Positions 45,678-64,000 of a stretch of 64,000 nucleotides of DNA are shown piece after piece (the first letter of the stretch is position 1; each line of letters begins with the position of its first letter). Made by a program: the position numbers and the translations under genes. Under the pieces are notes generated by a model that was not told the origin of the DNA, did not search any database, and was given only the letters and a program-made list of their open reading frames with translations. Source of the DNA: the human T2T-CHM13v2.0 reference genome, Homo sapiens; NCBI RefSeq assembly GCF_009914755.1, contig NC_060936.1. One strand, written 5' to 3'.

Positions 45678-46510
45678 CTGTAATTGAAAAGAAAGCACCA
45701 AGAGGCCTAGACTTCTTTCCCTTGACAGCGGGCTTCCAAGTTATCGACCACAAAGTCTCATCTATACAGTAAGCTTCTGAAACTCCTGATTAGTTCATGA
45801 CTACATCAGACTCTAGTTTCATTAACAAGCAGGATACTGGCCAACAGCTCAATATTAGAAGTCAAAACTTTTAAAAAATCGGCCTTTGCAGTTAGGGAAA
45901 GCAGTTGGCAACTGATGTGCTAGGCAGACAGGCATACAATTGCAGTGACTACAATTACCAAGAAGGTATTCATTCATGAGACATATTTAAGGGCCTACGA
46001 TGTGCCAGGTACAAGTGCTGAGGATAAAGCAGAAGTAAACAAAGCCCTTATCTTATGGAACCTACATTCTATTGGTGGAGTCAGTCAAAAAGCAAATACC
46101 TATCAGGTAGAGTGATACATAAATGAAGAAAACAAGGCAGGCAAGAAGCTAGAAAGAAATGAGAGCTGTTAATCTAGACAAGGTTGTCAGGAAAGGTGTT
46201 TCTGGGGACAAGGTATATGAAGAGAAATATGAAAGAAATAAAGGAGCAAACCATACTGTATCTAATGTAAGAGCATTCAGGTTGAGACAACAAATGTGAA
46301 GGCCTTAAGGTAGGGAGTAAACTTGGTATATTCTAAGAATTGAAAAAGCTCCAACCTAACTGGAGAGGAAGGAAAGAAAGGAAGAACACTGTACACAATA
46401 ACGTAATGAGAAAGCAAGAGGATAGGCAAGGGTGACACGCATACAGTTACTCATCCATCAAACTACTTGAGCACCTACTATGTTTCAGGCATTGTACTAG
46501 GCAGGAGCTA

Positions 46511-47090
<580 letters not shown>

Positions 47091-47153
47091 AAGAGAGTAA
47101 GAAAAACTACTGCCGTGGAGGAATTCATATTCAAGTATTACATCTGCCCTTAC

Positions 47154-47352
47154 CTGCTGCTTCCATAAAGGCTCTGTTAAGGCGAAAGGTCAGAAGAGGT
47201 TCTTTGAGGTTTCGAAGAAAGTCTTTTAGAAGGCTACAGATAGCATGGATATCATCCACTTTGCTGAGGAGGGGTACAGTTTTCACTCTGAGGAATTTCT
47301 CTTTCAGCTCTTTTACTGTGCGGTCACAGCCAGAGATCCTATACAGGCCTGT
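47154..47352 (-). CDS. RACGAP1: RACGAP1 coding exon with arginine finger
   Basis: TGLYRISG (R385 codon at 47338-47340)...[13 protein letters not shown]; 199 nt. Confidence 0.97.
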
Positions 47353-47436
47353 CTATTATCAAGATGACATTTTTATTTAAAAACCTCCGAATTAACACAA
47401 ATAACAAATTCACCATCTCCTACAGTTGACTCTTAC

Positions 47437-47532
47437 CTCAGTCAGACCTCTTTGCTCAATCTCATTTACACAATGCACAACAATGGAGGGGATCATTGGA
47501 GAAGTCTGGGACACAAAGTCTGCCAGCATTCC
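47437..47532 (-). CDS. RACGAP1: RACGAP1 coding exon (start of RhoGAP)
   Basis: [32 protein letters not shown]; 96 nt. Confidence 0.97.
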
Positions 47533-48055
47533 CTGGAAAAAAAAAAGAGCTTTAAATTATTATTTACGCCATGTAGACCAACAGATGAAGACCACATGCG
47601 AAGAACCACCTCCAATCTTATTCTCAAACTGGGACATCATGTCTACTTTTACATTCCTATTCCCAAAGCATATATTAAAACAGAGACTCTCAATTATTTT
47701 TCCTACCTCCACACCAGGACTGATTTATTATCATATATACCACACTTTTTCTTTTTCATATATACACCACACTGTTATGTGAACAAGGAATAAGACCACC
47801 AGCTATAATTACCTCCTTCTCATCCACTCAAGGACAGCAGAAAACAAGCAATAATGAGGTTACAGGTATAGCCTTTAATATAAAATAATTTATTACTCTA
47901 AACAGATTTTTTTTTCTAACAGAAGAAAGCTGGAACAAGAGAAAAAAATTGTGTATACTTTCATTATTCTCAGTAAAAAAAATTATTTAACATATCTTAT
48001 CAGTTGATTATGACACAAACCTACCTGTAGGGGAGAACTCCATGGTTCTATATTA

Positions 48056-48508
<453 letters not shown>

Positions 48509-48519
48509 TTACATAATAA

Positions 48520-48816
48520 TTTTTTTTTTTTTTGAGATAGGGTCTTGCTCTATTCCCCAGGCTGGAGTGCAGTGGTGTGATCACAGCTCACTGCAGTTTC
48601 AACCTCCCCACCTCAAGCAATAGTCCAACCTAGCCTCCTGAGGAGCTACAAACACAGGCGCACACCACTAACCTGGCTAACTTATTTATTTATTCTTTGT
48701 AGAGATGGAGTCTTGCTTTGTTGTCCAGGCTGGTCTCAAACTCTTGGGCTCAAGTGATTTTCCTGCCTCAGCCTCCCAAAGTGCTGGGATTACAGGCATG
48801 AGCTACCACACTCAGC
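48520..48816 (-). mobile_element. AluJ-like element
   Basis: Poly-T plus antisense consensus. Confidence 0.9.
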
Positions 48817-49051
48817 AATAAATAATTTCTTAATGGATTTAATCAGTTTGGATTAAACTGGTTAAATATTTGGAAATAAGCAACTTCATTTTGATAACCT
48901 ATTATGAAGTATGTCTAACATAAGAGCAAGAATAAAAGATAATTTTATCACAGATAAAATTATATGATAGCTGAGATTTGCTTCCAAGTAATTCATTGGA
49001 CAGAGTCAGGAGGAGGCAACGACAGTATTGATAAATCAAGAACAGACATAA

Positions 49052-49649
49052 AGGCTGGGTGCCATGGCTCACACCTAGAATCCCAACACTTTAGGAGGCC
49101 GAGGCAGGCGGATCACTTGAGGTCAGGAGTTCAAGACCAGCCTGGCCAACATGGCAAAACCCCGTCTCTACTAAAAATACAAAAAAATTAGTTGAGCATG
49201 GTGGCACATGGCTGTAGTCCCAGCAACTTGGGAGGCTGAGGCATGAGAATCACTTGAGCCCAGGAGACAGAGGCTGCAGTGAGCCAAAGTTGCAACACTG
49301 CAATCCAGCCTGGACAACAGGGAAACTCTGTCTCAAAAAAAAGAGAGACATTAAAAAAAGAATGGACATGACCAGGCGCGGTGGCTCACGCCTGTAGTCT
49401 CAGCACTTTGAGAGGCTGAGGTGGGCGGATCACTTGAGGTCAGGAGCTTGAGACCACCCTGGCCAACATGATGAAACCCCATCTCTACTAAAAAATACAA
49501 CCAAAAAAAATTAGCCGGGCATGGTGGTGGTACATGCCTGTAATTCCAGGTACTTGGGAGGCTGAGGCAAGAAAATCGCTTGAGCCCAGGGGGGCGGAGG
49601 TTGCAGTGAGCTGACATCCTGCCAGTGCACTCCAGCCTAGGCAATAGAG

Positions 49650-49695
<46 letters not shown>
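49052..49695 (+). mobile_element. Two tandem Alus, the second with a long A tail
   Basis: Heads at ~49052 and ~49370. Confidence 0.9.
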
Positions 49696-49698
<3 letters not shown>

Positions 49699-50066
49699 AC
49701 ACAAGTTAGTAATCATGGAAGTTAAGTGATAAGAACCAGGGGTTAGTTATACTAATTTCTCTAGTTTTATATATGTCTGAAATTTTCCAAAATGGGATGA
49801 AGGGGAGGAAGGAAGGAAGAAGAGGCAAGGAGAAGCAGGGAAGAGCAAGAAGGAAAAAGGGGCGGGGAAAGAAGTTTGGTTTAGAAAGGTATTAGACAGA
49901 CAAACCCAAACAGGACTCTTCTACAAGTAAGTATCTTACAATTCTAGTCATTATTTGTGGAAAGAAATATATTTGAGATGATTAATTTTAGAACAAAAAC
50001 TGACACTAAGCCTTTGAAAGGCGAATAAAGAGGCCATAAAACAATGACGGCTTGCATAAGTCATAC

Positions 50067-50231
50067 CTCTCCAATCTTGACAGGTGTTCCTATCAGGGTA
50101 GGAATGCAGGGAAGGGGACAGCGGTCCCGACATTCTGGATGAGAGACCACACGACAGTCTCGACACTTCAGAGATAATTTGCCAAATTTTATCCGCTTTC
50201 CACATGGAACACAGGATTCAGGTTTAATAAC
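50067..50231 (-). CDS. RACGAP1: RACGAP1 coding exon (C1 zinc finger)
   Basis: [42 protein letters not shown]...KIGE; 165 nt; phase 0/0. Confidence 0.97.
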
Positions 50232-50290
50232 CTGGGATAAAACAGGGCAGAAGGAACAGAGTGATATGAATTAGAAAATTATCATCATAA

Positions 50291-50905
<615 letters not shown>

Positions 50906-51147
50906 TAATCAACTAACATTTATTGAGCACTTAGTATGTGCCAAAAAATTTTCTAAGCCCTTTAGACATATTTACATATGTAATTCTCACAGTAATCCCA
51001 TAAAATAGGTTTTGTTTTCTTCATTTTAAGATGAGGAAACAGAAGCAAAGAGAGTTTAAGTAACTTGTTTAAGGTCATCCCACTGGAAGGCAGCAGTGTG
51101 TGATAGTGGAAAGAACTTGTTTACAAAGAGCAGAAAACTTGGATGTT

Positions 51148-51504
<357 letters not shown>

Positions 51505-51644
51505 TTAACTCCTCTGAGCCTCAGTTAATTTGCTTGGATTTTTATAAGGAAATAAAATGGTACAAAAGCAAAACATTTTGAAAATCTTAGGTGATATATT
51601 CAAGAAAAAATGTAAACATGTGTCACTAAAAAGTACTAACAATG

Positions 51645-51940
51645 GGCCAGGCACAGTAGCTCATGCCTGTAATCCCAGGACTTTGGGAGCTGAGGCAGGG
51701 GGAGCACTTGAGCCCAGGAGTTCAGGACCAGCCTGAGCAACATAGCAAGACCAAGTCTCTACAAAAAATTTAAAAATTAGCCGGGCGTGGTGGCACACAT
51801 CTGTATCCCTACTACTCAGGAGGCTGAGGCAGGAGGATTGCTTGAGACTGGGAGGTTAAGGCTACAGTGAGCTATGATTACACCCCTGCACTCCAGCCTG
51901 GGTGACAGAGTAAGACTCTGTCTCAAATTAAAAAAAAAAA
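51645..51940 (+). mobile_element. AluJ-like element
   Basis: TSD aaaagtactaacaat. Confidence 0.92.
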
Positions 51941-52167
51941 AGTACTAACAATTGCTTCAGAAAAGTTGGTCTCTTTAATTTAGTATTACTCACAGAATGG
52001 AAAGAAACTTACCTCTGTAACCAATAGTTACTTCTGGAGAGTAAAATTGGAATGAGGAAGGAAATTTGACATTTAACTTTATAACACTAAAGTATTTAAC
52101 TTTATTCCTGGTATTTATTACTTTCACAATTAAAAAATTAAAACACAAACAACAATCACAGATTTAC

Positions 52168-52298
52168 CGTCTTAGAAACAAAGTCATGCAGGCGCATCCC
52201 TCCATTACTCTGTGGCGTGCCCACACTGTCTGTCTCAGTTCTTGGCTCCAGCTGCCTGCTGTTCAGGGTGGAGTCACTGTTCCAAGGTTGTAAAGTAC
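52168..52298 (-). CDS. RACGAP1: RACGAP1 coding exon
   Basis: [44 protein letters not shown]; 131 nt. Confidence 0.96.
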
Positions 52299-52642
52299 CT
52301 AGAAAACAAGCAACTTTTAAGCTTTGTGTCTTAAGTATTTTGCTCCTTCTAAATTTTAGCTCCAATTTTAACTGGGAGATAAACAGTAATCTGTTATCAT
52401 AGCCAAAAGTGAGAACTAATGGCTATGTAAAAAAACAGTTTCAAGAAAAACTAAAGTTATGCCAGTGGGCTAGCAATTCAAAGGTAAAGCATGACACAAG
52501 CAGTTCTCTGGTCCTCGGTATGCAGCAGTAAGAAACTACCCAATACATCCAATCCCCGCCTCCAGAGGGTTCTAAGAAACCAACTCTCCAAAATTTTGCT
52601 AGTTGTTTTACACAGTCCAGTTTAGTCACAAATTCAATGGAC

Positions 52643-52760
52643 CTGTTTTCCTTCGGCTCCTGGTCCAATATGGCACAGTCTCAATAGTGGACACAGCTTC
52701 GATGGGCCCGCCATCATTGGGAACAGTCACTGTAGTTTTTGCAACTATGGATTCATTCCC
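52643..52760 (-). CDS. RACGAP1: RACGAP1 coding exon
   Basis: [39 protein letters not shown]; 118 nt. Confidence 0.95.
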
Positions 52761-52885
52761 CTGCAACAAAAGTAGTAATGAGGAAAGACAAACAAAGAAT
52801 CTAACTTACCCTCCACTATAGGGTATTTTGGAGCAGGTAAAAAATTCCTTAGTCTTAGTCAAGACTTAAGACCCCAGTCTGATAC

Positions 52886-53494
<609 letters not shown>

Positions 53495-53525
53495 TGAAAC
53501 ATTCTTATGTTGAAATCTGATGTTT

Positions 53526-54104
<579 letters not shown>

Positions 54105-54211
54105 CTTTAACTAAACATCATGTCTCTCAAAACAATGCTGCAATGCTGACTCAGAGAAGTTTTAATGCTTGGGGCCAGTAATCTCTGTTACCTTGGCCTG
54201 ACTATTCTTAC

Positions 54212-54292
54212 CTGGTCTACTGCAGAGCCAATGGAACGAGTTTTCTTTACAGGTCCAGGGGGACCATCAACAAACTGTCGGCTAGTAGAGCG
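54212..54292 (-). CDS. RACGAP1: RACGAP1 coding exon
   Basis: [27 protein letters not shown]; 81 nt. Confidence 0.95.
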
Positions 54293-54795
54293 CTAGAAAG
54301 GAGACAAAGACCCGTAACTTTAATGCCAAGCAGATCTGAAGCACAGAAGATAAAATTATTCCATCAAACAACTTGGATACAGGTCCTGGGGATTAGGGCT
54401 ACAGTAAATAACAAACAATGTGTTCTCTCTCTCTCTCTCTTTGCCTATTTCCACATGAAGAATAAGCTGTTTCAAAAGAATATGTTGTACAAAAATGCTC
54501 TCAGTGCCCTAGAAAAAATGAGCAAGCTATGGAGAAATTTAGATGACACCACCAGAAAAAGTACAGCTGTAATCCTAACTAAGGACATGAAGTCTTGGAA
54601 ACACATTAAGTACCCTAAACAAGCATACACAGATAGATCTCTATATATCCCATTATATGAAGCTTATATTAGAGCACAAAAGTTCTGTGTAAAAATTCAT
54701 ATGACAATTCAAAACAAACTTAAGTTTATCCTTTTCCACTGTATGAATGAATTGAAATGCAGCCTAAACAGTGAAATGGACAGGATTCTGTCCTA

Positions 54796-55160
<365 letters not shown>

Positions 55161-55286
55161 TCATCTGTAGTATGTGCTTAACAATGGCTAGAGCAACATG
55201 ACAGGAATGCAGTATCATGGCAAAATTTCCAAAAATAACTCCATTATTACTTTGTTTTAAAAAAAGACTAAACAAATCATACATAC

Positions 55287-55340
55287 CCTCTTTTCTCTCT
55301 TCTTCAGTTTGAAAGTCTTCACCAAAGAAGAGTCCCAATC
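55287..55340 (-). CDS. RACGAP1: RACGAP1 coding exon
   Basis: DWDSSLVKTFKLKKREKR (basic, NLS-like); 54 nt. Confidence 0.94.
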
Positions 55341-55781
55341 CTGTTGACAATTACACTGTATTAATTTCTTTTTTTGGTTAGGCCATCCCTAAACCCTGTG
55401 CAAATAAATTTACAGAGAACTTTAAAGGCTTCTTCAGTCAGGCTACCTAACGTACAATTCGGGGAGGGTTAGAGAAGGGAAGGTCTCAAGTGTTGTAGCT
55501 ATAGAGCTATAGTAAGTTAATGTGCTTTCTTTGAAAAATTGAAGCTATTATAATAAAATCAGGAATCAATACCACAGAGGCAAGAAGAGGTTAAAGAATC
55601 AAATTCTGCCATATTTCCAGTGGCTGATCCTTTATTTCTGATTATTTTTGTAATTAGTTTTAGAACTTACAGAATGTTAGGCACTATACTGATTGTATTA
55701 GATGTGATTCTTGCCCCCAAGGGATTGCCACTGTCTAATCAAATGCTCTGCATAATATTGCCACTTCACAAGTTCCACAGT

Positions 55782-56134
<353 letters not shown>

Positions 56135-57274
56135 CTATTTGTCTTTTATTGTGGTCTCATTTCAATTCACCTATTTTAACTATTTGCATTCATTTTAGTA
56201 GTTACCTGTGATTTCCTTACTCCTGATCATCCCTGAAAACAGTATCTAGAAACAGTGGTATACAGCAAATAATAGCTTAGCTAAATAAATTTAACTTCCC
56301 CAAGTCATGGTCCAGTAATTTAGTTACTGGTTGTTTGATTCAGCTTCAGTTACAAGAAATATCGTATCATAGGTCTAGCTCAAAAATCAACTGATAATAT
56401 GATCTAGTTTTATTATATATTCCAGACCTCCACTATATCATTCCCTATTTGAGAAAGGTGATGCCTAATATTTTTATCTATAAAATGGCCGTATTTTCCC
56501 TGGTCAAACACTGAATCTGAACAGAAAACTCCTAGCCATGTAACAAATAGTTGTCACCTGTTTTGCTATACCAGAAAACCAGTCACCAAAAACTTCCTGA
56601 TTTGTTTTGTTTGCTAGTTTTCAGCTAGTAACAGAAAAGATGCACAAATCAATGAACTATATCAAAGACTGTATCAGGAGATGACCTTTTATGCAGAAGC
56701 ATCACTGTAAGTTAAAAGAAGTGTGCCGCCCCATAAAAGCAGGGCAACAAATAGTTTAACATGTTAACCATTGTTGATGAAAGCATTATATAGTGCCTAG
56801 AAACTCTAATCACACTTTTCTGGCTGAAATCCCAGGACCTTGGTTTCCTTCTAATTGTGAAGTATGACTATGCTTTCCCCAAGAACCAAACTAATTCAGA
56901 AATAAGGCACAAGTCTATTTAAGAGCAGCAAATAAACCCTGACGACATACAGTCTTGCTAATATTTTTATTATTAGCTGGGGCTTTAATAAGTCAAAATA
57001 TAATCAGTTAGTACATGTGGCACACAGAGATCTATTAAATGAACTCAACTTATGCCAAATTCTGAATTATATATTCTCACTTCAGAAACTAATATATAAG
57101 CCAGCCTCTTATAGCTCATGTGGATTTATATTTTAAATTGCTAGCTCAGAATCTATAACACATCAACTAATAAAATAGTAATATAGGATGTTCAGAAGAG
57201 AAGACAGGAGAGATATTCCTGGGGAAGCAGAGGTAAGAAAAGTAGGTAATTCTCAGAGATCAAATGTTTATTAC

Positions 57275-57344
57275 CAGTGATTCATCAGTCTTGTCAAAGC
57301 TGATATCTGATAAAATGGAACCAGATTCATCAATGGTTGATAGT
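57275..57344 (-). CDS. RACGAP1: RACGAP1 coding exon (PLK1 phospho-cluster region)
   Basis: LSTIDESGSILSDISFDKTDESL; 70 nt. Confidence 0.95.
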
Positions 57345-58295
57345 CTAGATCAGTGAAACAATACAACGTTAGACATGGTAGACTGTGGAATGTAAAATTC
57401 ACCAACATTCAGAACAAGTCCTACTGGTCAGGTAACATCAGTTAATTTCATAGCAAAATCTTCACTATAGAGACAATTACAATCTCAAACCCTGTGGTAG
57501 GCTACTTTGTATGGTTTCCACGGAGGAGTGTGTGTGCATGAGTACAGGTGCAACACAGTTGCTTTTTCAGCAAAGACCTTATAAGGGCAGTTGAAAGTTA
57601 GTCAGGGTTATGGGTGCTATTCTCTACCGAGTTTGTATTACAGGCTACTCCAAATTCACAAAATCAAGGGAATGAAGTTTAATTTGATCCCAACTGTGCT
57701 GGTTTCTACAAACAAGAGTATTACCCAACACTGACTTTTTAAGAAATTAAGCCTGTACATCTTCTTAGTTATAAAGATTCCCCATAAAACAACCAGGCAA
57801 CAAAATAAATAGCTGACCTTTCCCTACATATTGTACTGGGGATGTTAAATTCAAAGCCTGGTTGAGACTATTTTAAACAGTGGTGCAGTGGAACCAAAAT
57901 TATTGTCTGGTCTTGGCTCACAGAGGCCTTTCTAAACCAGAAGAGCTGTAAGAGCTCTCTGGAGAGTAAACACTGAAAGTATTGCTGAACTGCCACTTTC
58001 ACCTTTGGGTTTCTTAGCAATGCACAGGATTAGTTATTGATGTGCAATTTAGCACCAACATCAAAATTGTATCCATGGTGAAACAACATCCTTAGGAAAG
58101 ATTTAAAAATAAAATAAAATAAAATATACAGGGACATCCCTGTGCCTTTATTCCCCACCTACTCTCCCCGCAAAATCTTTTTCTGCTTTTTTCAGCACAC
58201 ATTCTAGAAGAAGTATATTTAAGAATTCAGATAACAAGAATATCTGACAGCCTGTGTTGCTTGTGATAGGATAACAACAGATGCAGTTCCTCCAC

Positions 58296-58432
58296 CTTTT
58301 GTTCCCAGCATTGCTGCTGGATGGTTGGCCTCTGTTGAGAAAAGCCAGAGCTGATTTTTGCTCCTCGCTTAGTTGAATGCTGCCAGATGTGTCACACATG
58401 AGCATCTCTCGAATCAGCTGAATCTGTCGTTC
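58296..58432 (-). CDS. RACGAP1: RACGAP1 coding exon
   Basis: [45 protein letters not shown]; 137 nt. Confidence 0.96.
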
Positions 58433-59473
58433 CTACAGACCAAAGCAAAGTAAAACATCATAACTAGCCAGGGGAGAAAGCTTCACCTCAAGTTTATGGG
58501 ACAGGCAGACCAGAAGACATTAAAATGCAGCATTATGCAAATGGACCTTCAGGAAGGCTGCTACACCAATAGCATATTAATTCACATCAAACCCAGATTG
58601 TGTCTCTGATTTCTGACTGGTAAAATGAACTACATCTAGAACAGCGAAGTTTCTGCTACAAGACTTTTGGATTAACCTGCTAATCCAAGAGGAGAATAAT
58701 GCAAAATGAGAGTCCCAAAATAGATTTCACATAGCAAAAACACTTTAGTGTCATTTTATCAGGACAAATATTGGCTTCTACGGATCAAAGCAGCCACCCA
58801 CCTCTCAAAGTAGTGGAGCAAAATGCATTAAAATGGATACAAAGCTATAATGCACTGGAACCAGACAATTTGAGTTTACTGAGGCATCTAACACTGTATA
58901 CCAAGATGGATTAGTCCCTCCCAGTAAAGGCTTTCCTTTGCATTATGACCCATCCTGGCACATCAAAATGATAGTGTTCTGTGTCAGTCACATTGCTCAA
59001 CTGGTTGAATACATCTAGCCTTTTACCCTGAATTAGAGAGGGGTGATGAAAAGAAGAGTCACAGTTGTCTTGCCTGTATGTATGACAAAGTACCAGCTAC
59101 TCATGTAAGGATGGATATTCCGGGTAGCACTTAAAATAAACAATGAAGGATGGCCAATAACTTGTGACAGATCAAGTACGTTAGGATCTCCCTCCCTCCC
59201 TTTTCCTCTAATTCTTTAAGTTCTCATTTGAAATCTGTCTGTTAAGTAAGTTTCAAGTCTAAGTGACAAAAACATTTAAATTTCAAATTATGAAGAACAA
59301 GATTCCTAGTCTGCAATTTCAGCTCTAATCATGGGCAAGCTGTTAAAGAACAGGTCACTTTCAGTTCTTTAATGTGGAAGAAGAAACTAGGTATATTTGG
59401 CAAGTGGAAACTGTCAGACAATGCCTTCCCCCTCCTGCATCATCACTGTTCTAGCACGGAAAACAATACACAC

Positions 59474-59676
59474 CAGCTTTTCGCAGTCAGCCTCAGCTCT
59501 CTGTCTCCGTTTGATCTCTACATCCACCTGATTACGTGCATGCTTCAGCTTAACATCCAGAGCACTTCGCTCAGTCTCTGCTTTCATCAAAAGATCCTTG
59601 TATTTCCCCAGCTCATGGTCAGTCCTCTGCCACTTTTTACGGAAATCCTCAAAGTCCTTCGCCAACTGGATAAATT
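59474..59676 (-). CDS. RACGAP1: RACGAP1 coding exon (N-terminal coiled coil); start exon outside window
   Basis: [67 protein letters not shown]; 203 nt. Confidence 0.97.
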
Positions 59677-61242
59677 CTGAGGAAAGGGGGAATCTTTAAT
59701 AATTCAAGCACCAAACAGAGTATAACTGCTCTAATAAATGAGTCCTACGGTTAGCTTTATTTGAAATTCATAATTAAGGAACCAGCTGAACTATGGGCAA
59801 ATCCAGCTGAAAATAACTAGGAGCAGATCCTGGATATGTTTGTCACTCTGATGAGAACTTTGTGGGTAGCAATTCCTATTCAATAGGCCACTTACTTTTG
59901 GCTTAGCCAGTGGCATCTGCTATGGAATATGTAACTCATTAGTCACCTGGCTCCAGATGTAACACTAACACTGAAAGCTCCTGAACAGAAGGCAATCAAA
60001 GGGGGATACCTTTGGGGCAGCTGTCATGCACCAGGACAGTTACAGCTATAAAACAAAAACAGTTTCCTTTACAGTCACGCATTGCTGCACCAGAGAGATG
60101 TTAAACAGCAAATTCAAATGTAACTGCTGTAATATGCTCCAGTAGATGTAGATTAATATTACAGATGTCTAGACCTACAATTCCATTTGGCTATATAATT
60201 ATACAAATATTGATTTGAAAGTAAAAAGCCAATTTGCTTTTGCTGTTTAACACTGCCCTGAAGGGTATGTAAACATTCCAGTTGAAAAAAAAAAAAACAG
60301 GAAGAGAAGATCAAACTAGCTTTTGGAACATCCCTGATAGCAGAATGTGAAGTCTCTTCAAATGTCTGCAAAGAGAACATCACTTCCAAGGCAGCATCTC
60401 AAAGGAAGAAGATAACCCTGTTGGCATTCATTCTTATCTCCTGCTATTGGCAAAGCTGTTCTGCAATGTATTTGCAAAAGTGCCTTACAATTTTCTAGTT
60501 AACCTCCGTCTATCTCTAAGGATCACTCTCCACCAACATCAAGGAAGAAGGTCTCAAGGTGTACATCTGCTGCTGGTCAAACTAACCCAGTTAAAACTGA
60601 AACTAGGCCAAATTCACACACAGCTAGCAGATTCTTAGGTAGTAAGGGCACTTTTCCCCTATGAATTTAACCTAAAAGCATAGAAACAATACATAGTCCT
60701 TTTTAAACAATTTTAATCATTTGACCAAATATCAAACTTACAAATCAGGATACCAATTTGTTCCAGAAAAACCAAGTAATAAGGAAACTTTAGTTTTTAC
60801 AAACCACAAATTTCAGCAAAATAGGTTATTATGACCTAGTTATCTTAAACAATGCGGATATCAACAATTAAAAAAATATTACAATTCAAATAGTTTTAAG
60901 AAATAATATGCTGGGTTAGTCTGGAACATACTACTTTTTTGTGGGTTTTTTTTTTTAGCTTAAAGAAAAAAACATATATGTTTGCAAACTAAATACCGTA
61001 TGCATACACACTCAAAATATTTACCGAACTGAAAAACAATTTTGAGAATAAAAAGATTTTCATCTGACCTAATTTTGCTGGTTTGTTTGTTCTTTAGGAT
61101 ACTCCTTTTATTAAATTACTGCTTCAGCTTAGTTTAAGTCAGACCCAAAGCAGAACATTTACATACCTGATTAATATATTACTTTTTGTGTGTGCAGGTG
61201 AGAAATGTGAAAAAAAAAAAAAAAAAAAAAAAAAGATATTAC

Positions 61243-61832
<590 letters not shown>

Positions 61833-61976
61833 GAAAGATACTATTTTTATGTACAATTCTGCTATGAGCAAAGTTTGCTGGGATTGGGTCAGAAGGCATT
61901 TTGGGCCATAGATCAGAAACAATTTTGATGTTGAAGACCAATAATCATGGCACTGTTTTGGTCAGTTGGTGAATCA

Positions 61977-62306
<330 letters not shown>

Positions 62307-62559
62307 TTATAAAATTCAAATTACAGTACCTCCTTTAAAAAGTTACGTACACCCTAAACTATGAAGTGCCCCTATCAAAAAGGAGGAAAGAGAAGGGAAA
62401 TTTCCTCAAAACAAATTGAGGGTGATCTTTGATTTATTTAAAATTTAAAAATCAGGATTTGGTTCATAGCTCAGCAAGCAAATTTAAGTGGGTCCAGAAA
62501 TCCTGATTTTTTTTTTTCCATTTACTCCCGGAGGCCTTTGAACAGGCTCTTCCATTTGC

Positions 62560-62695
62560 CTTCCCTACTACCCTCTCTAAGCTTCTTAAAGACAAAGACC
62601 CTATGTCTCCTTTGCTCTTTTATCTCCAGTGTTGTAACCTGCCTAGCACACAGTAGACACTTGAAATAATCTGTTGAACAAATGAATGAATGAAA
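62560..62695 (+). mobile_element. L2 3' end
   Basis: gcctagcacacagtagacact...tgttgaacaaatgaatgaatgaa. Confidence 0.75.
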
Positions 62696-63349
62696 AGCCG
62701 CTGTTCAAATTAAATTTACCAGCATCCAAGACCACCTTACCAGTTTAATCAAACTTACCTCCCACCACTATGCAATAAATACCCCTCTAGCTAAACCAGT
62801 CTGTCCCTGCCCCCAGAACAGAGGCATTCCTGCCTTCTCACTTGTGACCAAGCTATGCACTCCAAATGGAATGCCCTACCTATTACATACCCATTTACCA
62901 AGTCCCATCTGGTCTGTGAATCTTTTCCTAATCAGTTTGCTACACACTAAATTTTTCTAGATTACCCAAAAGCATATATTTTGATACTTGTACTATCTTC
63001 TGTTTCATGAGAAAAAAATCCTGTCTCTGAAACTAAAATACCATAATCTTCTTGAAGACAGGCAATATGTCATATATACTTCATTATTTCCTACTATGCA
63101 TAGTGTAGCACAAACCTAGTATGTCACTGGCACACAACAGGCACCTGATAAATGTTAAATTATACTTATTCCTAATTTATACACCAATGATTTTTTTTAA
63201 AAAGCTCAGGCAGCTTATGAAAAATTAAAAATAGAACATAAAAACTGTGTGGACTGGAGAAAACAAGACAACAAAATATGCTATTAAAGTCATCTTTTTT
63301 AAAATATTAACTTTCATTCTGATCTTCCTGTAACTTGGACTTAGCTCTC

Positions 63350-63663
63350 TTTTTTTAACTTTTTTTTTTTTTTCTTTTTTAAGAGATGGAGTCTCACTCT
63401 GTTGCCCAGGCTGTAGTGCAATGACATGATCTTGGCTGACCACAACCTCCACCTCCTGGGTTCAAGCAATTCTCATTCCTCAGCCTCCCAAGTAACTGGG
63501 ATTACAGGTGAATGCTACCACGCCCGGCTAACTTTTTGTATTTTTAGTAGAGACGGGGTTTCACCATGTTGGTCAGACTGGTCTTGAACTCCTGACCAAG
63601 TGATCCACCTGCCTTGGCCTCCCAAAATGCTGGGATTACAGGTGTGAGCCACTTTGCCCGGCC
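63350..63663 (-). mobile_element. Alu
   Basis: TSD ggacttagct. Confidence 0.92.
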
Positions 63664-63691
63664 CGGACTTAGCTTTTTAAAAAACAATACA

Positions 63692-64000
<309 letters not shown>

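Noticed and set aside
62753-62760. Perfect minus-strand donor AG/GTAAGT (also ~52008)
   Set aside because: No convincing paired acceptor, and the RACGAP1 frame is complete without extra exons.

Overview
Mammalian, Alu-rich genomic DNA that I recognise as the human 12q13 aquaporin cluster. It holds three complete 4-exon + strand genes: AQP2 (CDS 3822-8599, 271 aa), AQP5 (15009-18166, 265 aa) and AQP6 (26185-28682, 282 aa). A ~12 kb intergenic region with two solo LTRs and homeodomain-motif clusters follows. The last 15 coding exons of the convergent gene RACGAP1 (MgcRacGAP/CYK4) lie on the - strand (59676 down to stop 43278); its start exon is beyond the window. Exon boundaries were read from GT/AG sites and checked for frame and length. 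The most notable extra layer is antisense coding potential. A 51-aa ORF antisense to AQP2 exon 2 (7276-7121) matches, as I recall it, the MIAC micropeptide of AQP5-AS1. The same frame gives an intact 50-aa paralogue antisense to AQP5 exon 2 and a stop-interrupted copy in AQP6, and all three exon 1s carry parallel antisense ORFs. These may be passive shadows of sense coding and need testing. Other points: an in-frame upstream ATG for AQP5, an overlapping uORF and a coding G-quadruplex in AQP6, TE-derived poly(A) signals, tandem CTCF motifs between AQP5 and AQP6, and an in-frame RACGAP1 C1 exon boxed by inverted Alus. Repeat boundaries and subfamilies are approximate.
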